Positions 51,442-60,210 of a DNA stretch of 64,000 nt are shown piece by piece (the first letter of the stretch is position 1; every line of letters starts with the position of its first letter). The stretch is from Candidatus Iainarchaeum sp. (GTDB taxonomy: Archaea > Iainarchaeota > Iainarchaeia > Iainarchaeales > JAAZKV01), in contig JAAZKV010000018.1 in the NCBI GenBank assembly GCA_012799645.1, positions 41,519 through 105,518 on the forward strand, written 5' to 3'. The notes beneath the pieces are model-generated. The model was not told where the DNA came from and searched no databases. It worked only from the letters and a program-made list of their open reading frames with translations. A program made the translations under genes and the position numbers.

Positions 51442-51582
51442 TTATGCAACCCTTCGAGCTCTTCTTAGCGCTGCCACTCTTTTTTTTGCTGCGTTTGCTT
51501 TTGCCACCACTAATGCATTCCGTTTAACTGGTTTTTTAGGAATACGTGCTCCTGGTTTTCTTGTTCCAATATACCTGGACAT
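51442..51582 (-). CDS. 46-aa K/R/A-rich basic peptide (not in ORF track)
   Basis: MSRYIGTRKPGARIPKKPVKRNALVVAKANAAKKRVAALRRARRVA*. SD AGGTGAT. N-terminus matches the neighbouring gene. Confidence 0.7.
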   Translation of the reverse strand: MSRYIGTRKPGARIPKKPVKRNALVVAKANAAKKRVAALRRARRVA

Positions 51583-51611
51583 CAATTATCACCTAATTAT
51601 TATACTTCTTT

Positions 51612-52910
51612 TTAGTTATTTAAGCTTTTATCTCTTATTTTTTTGATTATTTTTTCTGCGTTTGCTTGGTTGATTTCTTTTGAGTTGATCATTTCTTCAG
51701 CGACTTGTTCTATTTCGTTTTCTTTTGCTCCTGCTTGGGTTGCTAGTGCGCGTGCGTGTAGTTTCATGTGTCCTGCTTGGATTCCTGTTGTTACTATTGC
51801 GCGGAGTGCTGCAAAGTTTTGTGCTAATCCAACTGATGCTGCTATGCTTGCGAGTTCTTTGGAGTTTTTTACTCCTAAGATTTTTAAAGAAAGCGAAGCC
51901 ATTGGGTTTAGTTTTGCTGTTCCCCCTATTGTTGCGAGTGTGATTGGTAATTCTATTTCACCAACCAAGTCCCCGTTTTCGTTTTTGTAGTATTTTGTTA
52001 GTGGAGAGTATTTTCCTTTTTCTTTGTATGCTGCGTATGAGTGTATTCCTGCTTCTACTCCTCTAAAATCGTTTCCTGTTGCTATTGTTAGTGAATCAAT
52101 TCCGTTCATTATTCCTTTGTTGTGGGTTGCTGCTCTGAATGGAGAGCTAACAGCTATTTCGTATGCTTGAATAATTCTGTCAATTATTTCTTCTCCTTTG
52201 ATTTTTCCTTTTGTGCTTTCTTCTAGTTTTTGTTTTGTCCAAATTGTTTTTGCTTGTGCTTTTCTGTAAATTGCTAGGTTTGAAATTATTCTCATTAGTG
52301 CTTTTCCTCCGGAAATTTTTTCTATTATTGGAGTTATTTTTTCTGTCATTGTGTTTATTGCATTGGCTCCCATCGCGTCACGAACATCCACTAGTAATTG
52401 TAACTCTATTATTTTTCCGGTTGGAGTGTTTAGTATTTCTCCTTTTAGATCACGAGGCCCTCCCCCAAATTTTGTTAGAACTGAATCTACTTTTTCTGCT
52501 TCTTTTAGTATTTCTTTTTTTGATTCTAAGATTTTTTTTAGAACGATTTCTGGGTTTTGTGTGCCTGTTATCATTATTTGTCCTATCATTATTGGTTCGT
52601 CTGTTTTTGTAATGAAACCGTTTGATAGTTTTGCTGCGTTACTTGCTGCGGCTACTACGCTTGGTTCTTCAAGAACGAAAGGAATTAGGTATTCTTTTTT
52701 ATCTATTACAAAGTTTGTTGCTACTCCGAAAGGGAGTGAGTATGTCCCAACCACGTTTTCTATCATTTTGTCAGCGTTAGATATGGGCAGGTTTGTTTCT
52801 GTGGTTAAGAGTTTTTTTTCTTCTTCGGTTAGAGAGAATTCTTTTGCGAGTATTTCTTGTCTTTCTTTTATTGTTTTTTTGTAAAATCCTTCAAATTTTT
52901 TTGAATCCAT
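51612..52910 (-). CDS. mvaA: HMG-CoA reductase, class II (bacterial/degradative type)
   Basis: MIENVVG, EEPSVVAAAS, DAMGAN, ATHNKGIMNG, GIQAGHMKLH. Confidence 0.93.
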   Translation of the reverse strand: MDSKKFEGFYKKTIKERQEILAKEFSLTEEEKKLLTTETNLPISNADKMIENVVGTYSLPFGVATNFVIDKKEYLIPFVLEEPSVVAAASNAAKLSNGFITKTDEPIMIGQIMITGTQNPEIVLKKILESKKEILKEAEKVDSVLTKFGGGPRDLKGEILNTPTGKIIELQLLVDVRDAMGANAINTMTEKITPIIEKISGGKALMRIISNLAIYRKAQAKTIWTKQKLEESTKGKIKGEEIIDRIIQAYEIAVSSPFRAATHNKGIMNGIDSLTIATGNDFRGVEAGIHSYAAYKEKGKYSPLTKYYKNENGDLVGEIELPITLATIGGTAKLNPMASLSLKILGVKNSKELASIAASVGLAQNFAALRAIVTTGIQAGHMKLHARALATQAGAKENEIEQVAEEMINSKEINQANAEKIIKKIRDKSLNN

Positions 52911-53118
52911 TTTTTCACCAAAAAAAATTTTAAATATTTTTTAATTTTAACTTATTTTTTAATTTTAAATATTTTTTAAATTTAAATATTTTTATTGAAT
53001 ATTTTTTTATTTTTAATTTTGTTTCATATTTTCATTTTTTTTAATTAATTTTTATTGTTTTTTATTTCCCATTTTATTTTTTATTTTATTTTGTTTTTTT
53101 TTAATTATTAATTTTTCT

Positions 53119-54450
53119 TTATTCGTTGGTTTTTTGTTTTTCTATTGCTTCTTCTATTAGTTTTCTTTGTTCTGCTTCTGCTTTTTCCATATCTTTTTTG
53201 TCCAAGTATTTTATTATTGCTTTTGCTGCTTCTCTTCCTGCTGTGATTGCTGCGATTACTGTTTTTGGTCCGTGTACGCAATCTCCTGCTGCGAATAAGT
53301 TAGGCACTATTGTTTGTTTGTTTTTGTTTACTAGAATGCATCCGTCTGGCCCGATTTTTATTATGTTTTTTAGTGATTCGTTGTCGTGTTGTTGTCCTAT
53401 TGCTATTATTACTTTGTCTGCTTCTAGTACTCCGCTTTCGCTGTTTTTGTAGTGGACTTTTTCTACGTGTTCATTTCCTTCAAATTTTTCTACTTGTACT
53501 CCGAAAATAAATTTTACTCCTTCTTCTTCTGCTTCTAAGTAATCTTTTTCTACTACTGCTGCGTATGATTCTTCTTTTGTTGCCATAGTGATGCAGGTTA
53601 CTTTTCCCCCTAATCTTATTGCGCTTCTTGCTGCATCTAGTCCAACATACCCTGCTCCCACTACTACTACTTTTTCTCCTGGGGAAATCATTGGGAGTGC
53701 GCTTTGGTTTAAATTTACTAAGAATTTCATTGCGTTCATTATTCCTTTTAGTTCGTGTCCTTCGTTGGTTAGCATTTTTGGTTTTCCTACTCCTGTTCCC
53801 ATAAATACTGCGTCGTAGTTTTTCACCATTTCTTCTAAAATATCAGCGTCAATTTTTACGTTGGGTTCGAAATCTATTTCTAGGTCATGTAGTCCTGCTA
53901 GTTTTCTTGCAACTATTTCTTTTGGTAATCTGAATTCTGGCACTCCGTATTTTATTACTCCGCCGAAAGTGTTTGTTCCTTCCATTACTGTTACGTTCAT
54001 TCCTTGGAGTGAGAGTAGGGCAGCTACTGTTAATCCGCTTGGCCCTGATCCGATTACTGCTATTTTTTTTCCATTTTTTGTTTCTCTTTCAGGAAATACT
54101 GTGTTGTCTCCTATGTATCTTTCTATTCCGCCGATTGAGATTGGATCGTTTTTTGCGTTTAGAATGCAGTGTCCTTCGCATTGTTTTTCGTGTTGACATA
54201 TTCTTCCACAAATGCTTGGAAAAAAATTGCTTTCTCTTATTATTTTTCCTGCTTCGTTTGTGTTTCCTTCTCTGAATGCTTTAATGAATTGAGGGATTTG
54301 TACTTTTGCAGGGCACCCTTCTACGCATTTTGGGTTTTTGCACTGAATACACCTATTTGCTTCATTTATTGCTTCTTCTAGAGTAAATCCGAGTTCTACT
54401 TCGTTAAAAGTAGTTTTTCGTTTTTCTAGTGATAAAAGTGGCACTCTCAT
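53119..54450 (-). CDS. GltD/SudA/NfnB-like Fe-S flavoprotein oxidoreductase (stand-alone)
   Basis: RCIQCKNPKCVEGCP, CGRIC...QCE, GSGPSG, YGVPEFRL, FAAGD. Confidence 0.88.
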   Translation of the reverse strand: MRVPLLSLEKRKTTFNEVELGFTLEEAINEANRCIQCKNPKCVEGCPAKVQIPQFIKAFREGNTNEAGKIIRESNFFPSICGRICQHEKQCEGHCILNAKNDPISIGGIERYIGDNTVFPERETKNGKKIAVIGSGPSGLTVAALLSLQGMNVTVMEGTNTFGGVIKYGVPEFRLPKEIVARKLAGLHDLEIDFEPNVKIDADILEEMVKNYDAVFMGTGVGKPKMLTNEGHELKGIMNAMKFLVNLNQSALPMISPGEKVVVVGAGYVGLDAARSAIRLGGKVTCITMATKEESYAAVVEKDYLEAEEEGVKFIFGVQVEKFEGNEHVEKVHYKNSESGVLEADKVIIAIGQQHDNESLKNIIKIGPDGCILVNKNKQTIVPNLFAAGDCVHGPKTVIAAITAGREAAKAIIKYLDKKDMEKAEAEQRKLIEEAIEKQKTNE

Positions 54451-54780
54451 TATTTATCCCTTTTAAAAAATCAATTCCTCAAAAAATCAATCTTACAAAA
54501 AAATACCATTTAAAAAAAAACCCTTTTCCCAAAAAATTACTTATTCCAAAAAAATTATTTCTTTAAAAAATTATTAATTGTAAAAGAAAAGTTTGGTTCG
54601 CCAATAGTAAAATGAAGAGGAAGTATAGGCATAAAAACCTATCCAACTAACGAACAATGGAACGACAATTGACGTGTTATTTGTTTTTTTGTTTAATTAT
54701 TTAAATAGAACAATGCTGTGGGGGTGCAATTATGGAAATGGATGCGCATAATCACAGAAATTTAACACACAATTAAAAAA

Positions 54781-54931
54781 ATTTATTTGGGAAGAACTTA
54801 TTCGGAAAGAACTTATTCGGAAAGAACTTATTTTGGAAAGAACTTATTCGAAAAGAACTTATTTTGGAAAGAACTTATTTGAAAAGAACTTATTTGAGGA
54901 GAATTTATTTGGGAAAGACGTTATTTGGAAA
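54781..54931. repeat. 16-17-bp tandem repeat, about 9 copies
   Basis: GAAAGAACTTATT(C/T/TT)G-type units, head to tail with no unique spacers. Confidence 0.9.
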
Positions 54932-54946
54932 ATAAATTTAACATAT

Positions 54947-55558
54947 TTATTTTGGCGCATACTCAAATCTTCTTTTTGGTTTTTTTGAGAGTTCGTCTTT
55001 TAGTAGTAGTTTTTTCCAATCAAATAAAAAGAATGCTAGGAGTGCTATTACTCCTATTATTTCTATAATGAGTGTTCCTATTGATGCACTTCCTGTAATG
55101 GCTGCTTCAAGTGAGGTGTATATTTTTTCTGATGTGAATACTAAAAATAAATAACTTATTGTTCTTCCTACAAAAAACCCTGCTAGTATTTCGGTGATTC
55201 TGATCCTTGTTGTTCCTACCGCAATGAATAGTGAGTTTGAGGGGAATGGTCCGAGTGAGAAGAGCATACTGAACAAAAATTTTTTTACTGTTCCTTTTCT
55301 TAATTTGTTTCTTATTAGTTCCATTTCTTCTTTTTTTTCTTCACTCGCGAATTTGGTGAATACTTTTCTTGAAGATATTGCAAGCACATATCTTCCTGTT
55401 GTTGAAGCGGTTACTCCGATTAGGATTAGTAGTAATAGGTTTTGTGGGTGTGCAATGTAAAAGTAAGCTAATACAACCCAAGTGGGTGGTGCGAATGCGG
55501 GAATTATGTTAATCCCAAACACTATTATCCATTCTATTACTAATTGAACAAAATCCAT
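54947..55558 (-). CDS. DedA/VTT-superfamily membrane protein
   Basis: NIIPAFAPPTW, GRY, GPFPSNSLFIAVG...FFVGR pattern. Confidence 0.6.
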   Translation of the reverse strand: MDFVQLVIEWIIVFGINIIPAFAPPTWVVLAYFYIAHPQNLLLLILIGVTASTTGRYVLAISSRKVFTKFASEEKKEEMELIRNKLRKGTVKKFLFSMLFSLGPFPSNSLFIAVGTTRIRITEILAGFFVGRTISYLFLVFTSEKIYTSLEAAITGSASIGTLIIEIIGVIALLAFFLFDWKKLLLKDELSKKPKRRFEYAPK

Positions 55559-55681
55559 AATTATCAAAACACACAAAACTTTGAATAATACTTTTTGTTG
55601 AATTCATTAATTGTTTGTCATTAATTTTTATTGTATTAATTTTGTTTGCTAGTATTAATTAATTTGTTTGTTGGTATTAAA

Positions 55682-56731
55682 TTAGTTTTGTTCTAACCAT
55701 TCTTTTAGTTTTCCTAGTATTACATATTCTTGTTTTTGTAGTTCTGATATGTTTTTGCACCCGAGTAAGAATGAGGTTATTTGCATTTCTTTTTTGAAGT
55801 TTTCTAAATAATTTTTTATCGCGTTTGTTCCTTTTTTTGTTTGTGCTTGTAGGATTGGTAGAGCATTTCCAACCATGTCCGCTCCTAAAATTATTGCTTT
55901 TGTTGCTTCGACTCCGTTTCGTATTCCTCCGCTCGCAATTATTTTTTTGTTTGTTCCTGCTATCGCGTTTTTTGTTTCTATTATTGATACTGCTGTGGGC
56001 ACTCCAATATCTCTAAATTCTTCGCCGAAACTTTTTTTGTGTCTTAGTGAATCTACTCTTGTCCAACTTGTTCCTCCTGCTCCTTGGGTATCTATTGCCG
56101 CGATTTTTGTTTTTCGTAATAGCATTGCTGTTTCGTAACTCACTCCGTGCCCTACTTCTTTTACATACACTGGCACACTTAGTTGTTCTGCGTATTCTGT
56201 TATTTTTTCTACTACTCCGCTAAAATCTAGATCTCCTTCTGGTTGCATTGCTTCTTGTGCTGCGTTGATGTGGATTGCAAGAGCATTCGCTTCAATTGCT
56301 TGGAGTGCATCATTCATTTCTTTTGGAGAGTATTGTTTTAGTTGTGCTGCACCTAAATTTCCTGAAATAAAAATGTCCGGAGCAACATCTCTCACATAAT
56401 ATGTTTCGGTGAGTGAGGGTTGTTCTAGCATTGCTCGCATACTCCCAAGCCCCATCCCTATCCCCATTTCTTGACAAGCTTGTGCGATTTCTGTATTTAC
56501 TTTTTTTGATACTTGTGCTCCGCCAGTAATTGCTGACACTAGAAAGGGGAAGGAAAAATTTTTTCCTAAAAAATTTGTGGATAAATTTATTTCTGAAAAA
56601 TTTATTTCAGGGAGTGCTAAATAATTTAATTCCACGAACTCTAACAAAGTGGTTTTGTTTTTAAAAGACACATCTTTTTTTGCGCAAAGCTCTAAATGTT
56701 CTTTTTTTCTTCTCTCTATTGGTGAAATCAT
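55682..56731 (-). CDS. fni: Type 2 isopentenyl-diphosphate isomerase
   Basis: RKKEHL, AITGG, QPEGD, VKEVGHG, GAGGTSW, ASGGIR. Confidence 0.95.
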   Translation of the reverse strand: MISPIERRKKEHLELCAKKDVSFKNKTTLLEFVELNYLALPEINFSEINLSTNFLGKNFSFPFLVSAITGGAQVSKKVNTEIAQACQEMGIGMGLGSMRAMLEQPSLTETYYVRDVAPDIFISGNLGAAQLKQYSPKEMNDALQAIEANALAIHINAAQEAMQPEGDLDFSGVVEKITEYAEQLSVPVYVKEVGHGVSYETAMLLRKTKIAAIDTQGAGGTSWTRVDSLRHKKSFGEEFRDIGVPTAVSIIETKNAIAGTNKKIIASGGIRNGVEATKAIILGADMVGNALPILQAQTKKGTNAIKNYLENFKKEMQITSFLLGCKNISELQKQEYVILGKLKEWLEQN

Positions 56732-56873
56732 TTTTTCAACACCATTTAGTTTTTTTCTTGTTTTTATTTTTTTATTTAATTTTTTTTGTTTTATTTTGTT
56801 TAATTTTTTTAATTATTTTTTTTCTTCTTTTTGTTTTATTTCTTTTGTTTCTTGTTTTTGTTTTTTTTGTTGT

Positions 56874-57992
56874 TTATATTTTTCTTTCAATTGAGTAATC
56901 CGCGAATTTTTTTAGCATTATTTTTGCGTTTGATTTTGGCAATTGTTTGTCTAGTTTTTCCCATGCGTTTTTCACTAATTTGTTTGCTTTGGTTTTTGAG
57001 TATTCTATTCCGTCGTATTTGTTTATTATGTTTAGTGCTTCTTGGATTATTTTGTCGTCATTAGTGTGTGAGTCAAGTATTTCTATTAATCTTTTTTTAT
57101 CTGTTTCTGTTGCTACTTGTAGTGTTCTTATCACTATGAGTGTTCTTTTTCCTTCATGTATGTCTCCGCAAATGCTTCCTTTTTTTTCTTTGAATGTGTT
57201 TTCTGTTAGTTCTAGTATGTCATCTTGGATTTGGAATGCTACTCCCATTATTTGTCCAAATTCTGCGAGTGCGGTTCGTTGTTTTTTTGTTGCTCCTCCA
57301 ACTATTGCTCCGAGTTCACAAGCAAATCTTGTTAACACTCCTGTTTTGCACAAACACATATTCAAATAGTGTTTTTCGTTCGGAGTGTATCCTCCCCTGT
57401 GCCACGCTATATCCCACGCTTGTCCGCTTGACACTCTTAACATTTCTGTTAAATAAAGATCAACTATTTCTGCTTTCTTTTTCTCGCTTAGTTTGAATTC
57501 GTTTGTCACTATTTTGCTCATTGGCCAATAATACATTATTGTTCCTGTGTTGATCGCGGTGTCTATTCCGTAAATTTTGTGAGTGCAGGGTTTTCCTCTT
57601 CTAGCAACTGAATTATCTTCTACATCATCACACATTAGTGTTCCGTTGTGAATTATTTCTACTATCGGTGCTAGTTTTTGTGCTTCTTCAAAACTTCCTC
57701 CCACTGCTTCTGCTGATAAACAAGTTAGCACTGGTCTGAATCTTTTTCCTCCCCTATCAAGTAAATCCCATATTGGTTCATTCACTCCCTTTGTGTAAGC
57801 TACTAAATCTAGTTCAAAAATAGTTGGACCTAGAATTGATTCTATCCACTTTTTGTTGGCTTTTCTTGGAATATATTTTTCTATTTCTTTTTCTATAAAT
57901 GGTATTCTTGTTTTTAAGTAATCCTTTATCTCCATTTTTGTTTCTTTATCAGTTACTTTTGTCAAAAACAACACCTCCAAAAAAATACTCAA
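56874..57992 (-). CDS. idsA: Trans-prenyl diphosphate synthase (GGPP synthase-like)
   Basis: GGKRFRP, FARM DDVED, RRG, GQ, KT, SARM QIQDDIL. Confidence 0.9.
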   Translation of the reverse strand: MSIFLEVLFLTKVTDKETKMEIKDYLKTRIPFIEKEIEKYIPRKANKKWIESILGPTIFELDLVAYTKGVNEPIWDLLDRGGKRFRPVLTCLSAEAVGGSFEEAQKLAPIVEIIHNGTLMCDDVEDNSVARRGKPCTHKIYGIDTAINTGTIMYYWPMSKIVTNEFKLSEKKKAEIVDLYLTEMLRVSSGQAWDIAWHRGGYTPNEKHYLNMCLCKTGVLTRFACELGAIVGGATKKQRTALAEFGQIMGVAFQIQDDILELTENTFKEKKGSICGDIHEGKRTLIVIRTLQVATETDKKRLIEILDSHTNDDKIIQEALNIINKYDGIEYSKTKANKLVKNAWEKLDKQLPKSNAKIMLKKFADYSIERKI

Positions 57993-58426
57993 AAAAACAT
58001 TTATTTTTTTATTTCAATATTTTTATTATTTAATACATTTTTATTATTTAAAACATTTTAATTAACACATTTTTGTTATTTGTTACATTTTAATTTTTTG
58101 TTTCTCTTTGTTTTTACTAAATAATATTACTTAATTAGTCCTTATTAAATAAACTATTCAATAAAAAAATTAATAAAATTATAAAATTTATAAAAATTTA
58201 TAAAAAATTAATAAAAAATTAAATCAATGAACTAAATGCAAAACAAAAAATAAATTAAACTAAAACTAAATCCTTAATAAATCCAATGAATCAATTCAAT
58301 AAACTAAAACTAAATTTAATAAATAAAAATCCTACCAAACTAATCCAATGAACTAAATTCAATAAACAAAAACCCAATAAAATAAATTCAATAAATCAAA
58401 TTTAGTAAATTAAGTATTAGTGGTTT

Positions 58427-59221
58427 TTAGGTTAGTTGGAATTTTCCTTTTAGTGGTTTGTTTGGGTAAACTACTAGTCCTTTTCCGTTTATGATGTCCA
58501 TTTCTACGATTTTTCTGTGGATTTCTTCTCCACGCATTTTTAGTATTTCCATCGCTCTTCCTCTTTTTCCATTTTCGTATATTACACTGTACATTATGAT
58601 TATTCCGTCAGAGAGAAAGGATACTGCTTGATCTACTCCTGCGATAACGTTTCCTAAGTGTACTGGGTGGGGTGTTTCCATAATCAAGAACGAGGTGATG
58701 TTGTGGGATTCTAGGTATCTGAATAATTGTTCCATGTATATTCTGAATCTGCTTGATTCTCCACTGAATGCTGATGAGATTGAGGTTAGTGAGTCAATGA
58801 AGAGAATGTCTGGTTGAAAATCTTGTGGAATTAGTACTGGTTGTACATCAATTAGTAGTTCTTTTTTTGCTTCACTTAGTAGTGCTTCTACACTTCTTGC
58901 AATGTCAAGTGCGTTGAATCTTTTTATTCTTAGTAGTCCTTTTTTTTCGTATTTTTCTGCATCAAAATTGAACATTTTTAGGTGGTCGCGCAAATTGTCT
59001 TCTGGTTCTTCAAAACTCATGAACAATACTTTTTTTCCTTGTTCGCAAGCTCCAACACAATTTTGGAGACAGAATATTGTTTTTCCTGATCCTGGTCCGC
59101 CTTCAACAACTACTGCTGAACCAATGGGTACTCCGTTAGCGAACAATTTGTCTATTCCTTCTACTTTTGGGAGAAAGTATTTTTTAGCTCTGTCTTTGTC
59201 CCCGTAATAATATTTTACCAT
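58427..59221 (-). CDS. Single-domain KaiC/RAD55-like ATPase
   Basis: GIDKL, Walker A GGPGSGKT, SFEE, Walker B ILFIDS, LKMRG. SD GGTGAT. Confidence 0.9.
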   Translation of the reverse strand: MVKYYYGDKDRAKKYFLPKVEGIDKLFANGVPIGSAVVVEGGPGSGKTIFCLQNCVGACEQGKKVLFMSFEEPEDNLRDHLKMFNFDAEKYEKKGLLRIKRFNALDIARSVEALLSEAKKELLIDVQPVLIPQDFQPDILFIDSLTSISSAFSGESSRFRIYMEQLFRYLESHNITSFLIMETPHPVHLGNVIAGVDQAVSFLSDGIIIMYSVIYENGKRGRAMEILKMRGEEIHRKIVEMDIINGKGLVVYPNKPLKGKFQLT

Positions 59222-59260
59222 AGTATCACCAAGTATTAACAAATATATAAACTTAATTTT

Positions 59261-60175
59261 TTAATTATTTTTGTTGAATAACACGTGTCTTTTTTTGTCA
59301 AATTTTTCTTTTTTTTCTTGGTATAGTGCGAGAGTTCCTCTCAAATCTCTTATTTTTTCTGCATACATTTTTGCTTTTATTGTGTATTCTTCTTCTGTCA
59401 TTGAACCTGATATGAAATAATTTTCTTGGGATTTTTTTATTTCGTTTTTTAGTACATTTATTTCAAATTCTATTGATTCAATTTTGTTGTTTATGTAATA
59501 CAAGTGTATTTTTTTTCTAAAAATCAAGTACACTATTATTATAATTAAAATTATTGTTAGCATTGTTTTCCAATTGTTTTCAAAGAAAAACACTATGTTT
59601 TTTTGTGCTGCTTCGTACGCTGCGCTTGCTTTTGCTTCTATTCCTTGTAATTCAACTATTTTTTCGTACGCCGCATCAATTTTTTTCATTGAGAACTCGT
59701 ATCTTTGATCATTGAACTCTTGTTCGGCTTCATTGTACAATACTTGCACTTGGTTTGTGTCAATGTTTGGGTCAACTTCACTAATTGCTTTTTTTAGTGC
59801 TATTAATTCATCTCTAACTTCTTTGGCGTTTATTAATAATTTTTCTAAATTTTCTATTCTTTCGTAAAACAATTTCAGATCAGTTGGTTTGTTTGCATCA
59901 GCGAGTAAATATGCTGAAGAGTATATTTCTCTAACTAGCACAAATTCATCAATGAATCTCACTGTGGCGAATCCTTCCTCTCTTATTTGTCGAATATCTT
60001 GATTTATTTGTGATAATTTTTTTTGTGCTAAATCAAATTCTTCTTTTGCTTCTGGTGAAATCGAAAACACACAAGTGATGAGCAATAATAAAATCATTAG
60101 TGTGCAAAATATTTTTTTCAAACCAATCACCTTCTCCAAATTTTTTTTCATTTTATTTTTTATTTTATTTTCCAT
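59261..60175 (-). CDS. Membrane protein: signal peptide, helical ectodomain, TM, cytoplasmic coiled coil
   Basis: Two hydrophobic segments. Tail motif QENYFISGSMTEEEY. Confidence 0.7.
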   Translation of the reverse strand: MENKIKNKMKKNLEKVIGLKKIFCTLMILLLLITCVFSISPEAKEEFDLAQKKLSQINQDIRQIREEGFATVRFIDEFVLVREIYSSAYLLADANKPTDLKLFYERIENLEKLLINAKEVRDELIALKKAISEVDPNIDTNQVQVLYNEAEQEFNDQRYEFSMKKIDAAYEKIVELQGIEAKASAAYEAAQKNIVFFFENNWKTMLTIILIIIIVYLIFRKKIHLYYINNKIESIEFEINVLKNEIKKSQENYFISGSMTEEEYTIKAKMYAEKIRDLRGTLALYQEKKEKFDKKRHVLFNKNN

Positions 60176-60210
60176 TTTATTTTTTATTTTAAATTTTGTT
60201 TTAAATTTTT

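Noticed and set aside
51204-51646. Plus-strand ORFs 51204-51527 and 51380-51646
   Set aside because: Phe/Leu-rich antisense shadows of the minus-strand basic peptide genes. The same applies to the many other antisense ORFs in the track.
53119-54450. Glutamate synthase
   Set aside because: Only the small-subunit-like flavoprotein is present. There is no GltB, and the context is POR/MVA.
54781-54931. Possible CRISPR array
   Set aside because: Units are 16-17 bp, contiguous, with no unique spacers, and there are no cas genes in the window.
58427-59221. Circadian clock KaiC
   Set aside because: Single domain, and no kaiA or kaiB is present. It is a generic archaeal KaiC-like ATPase.
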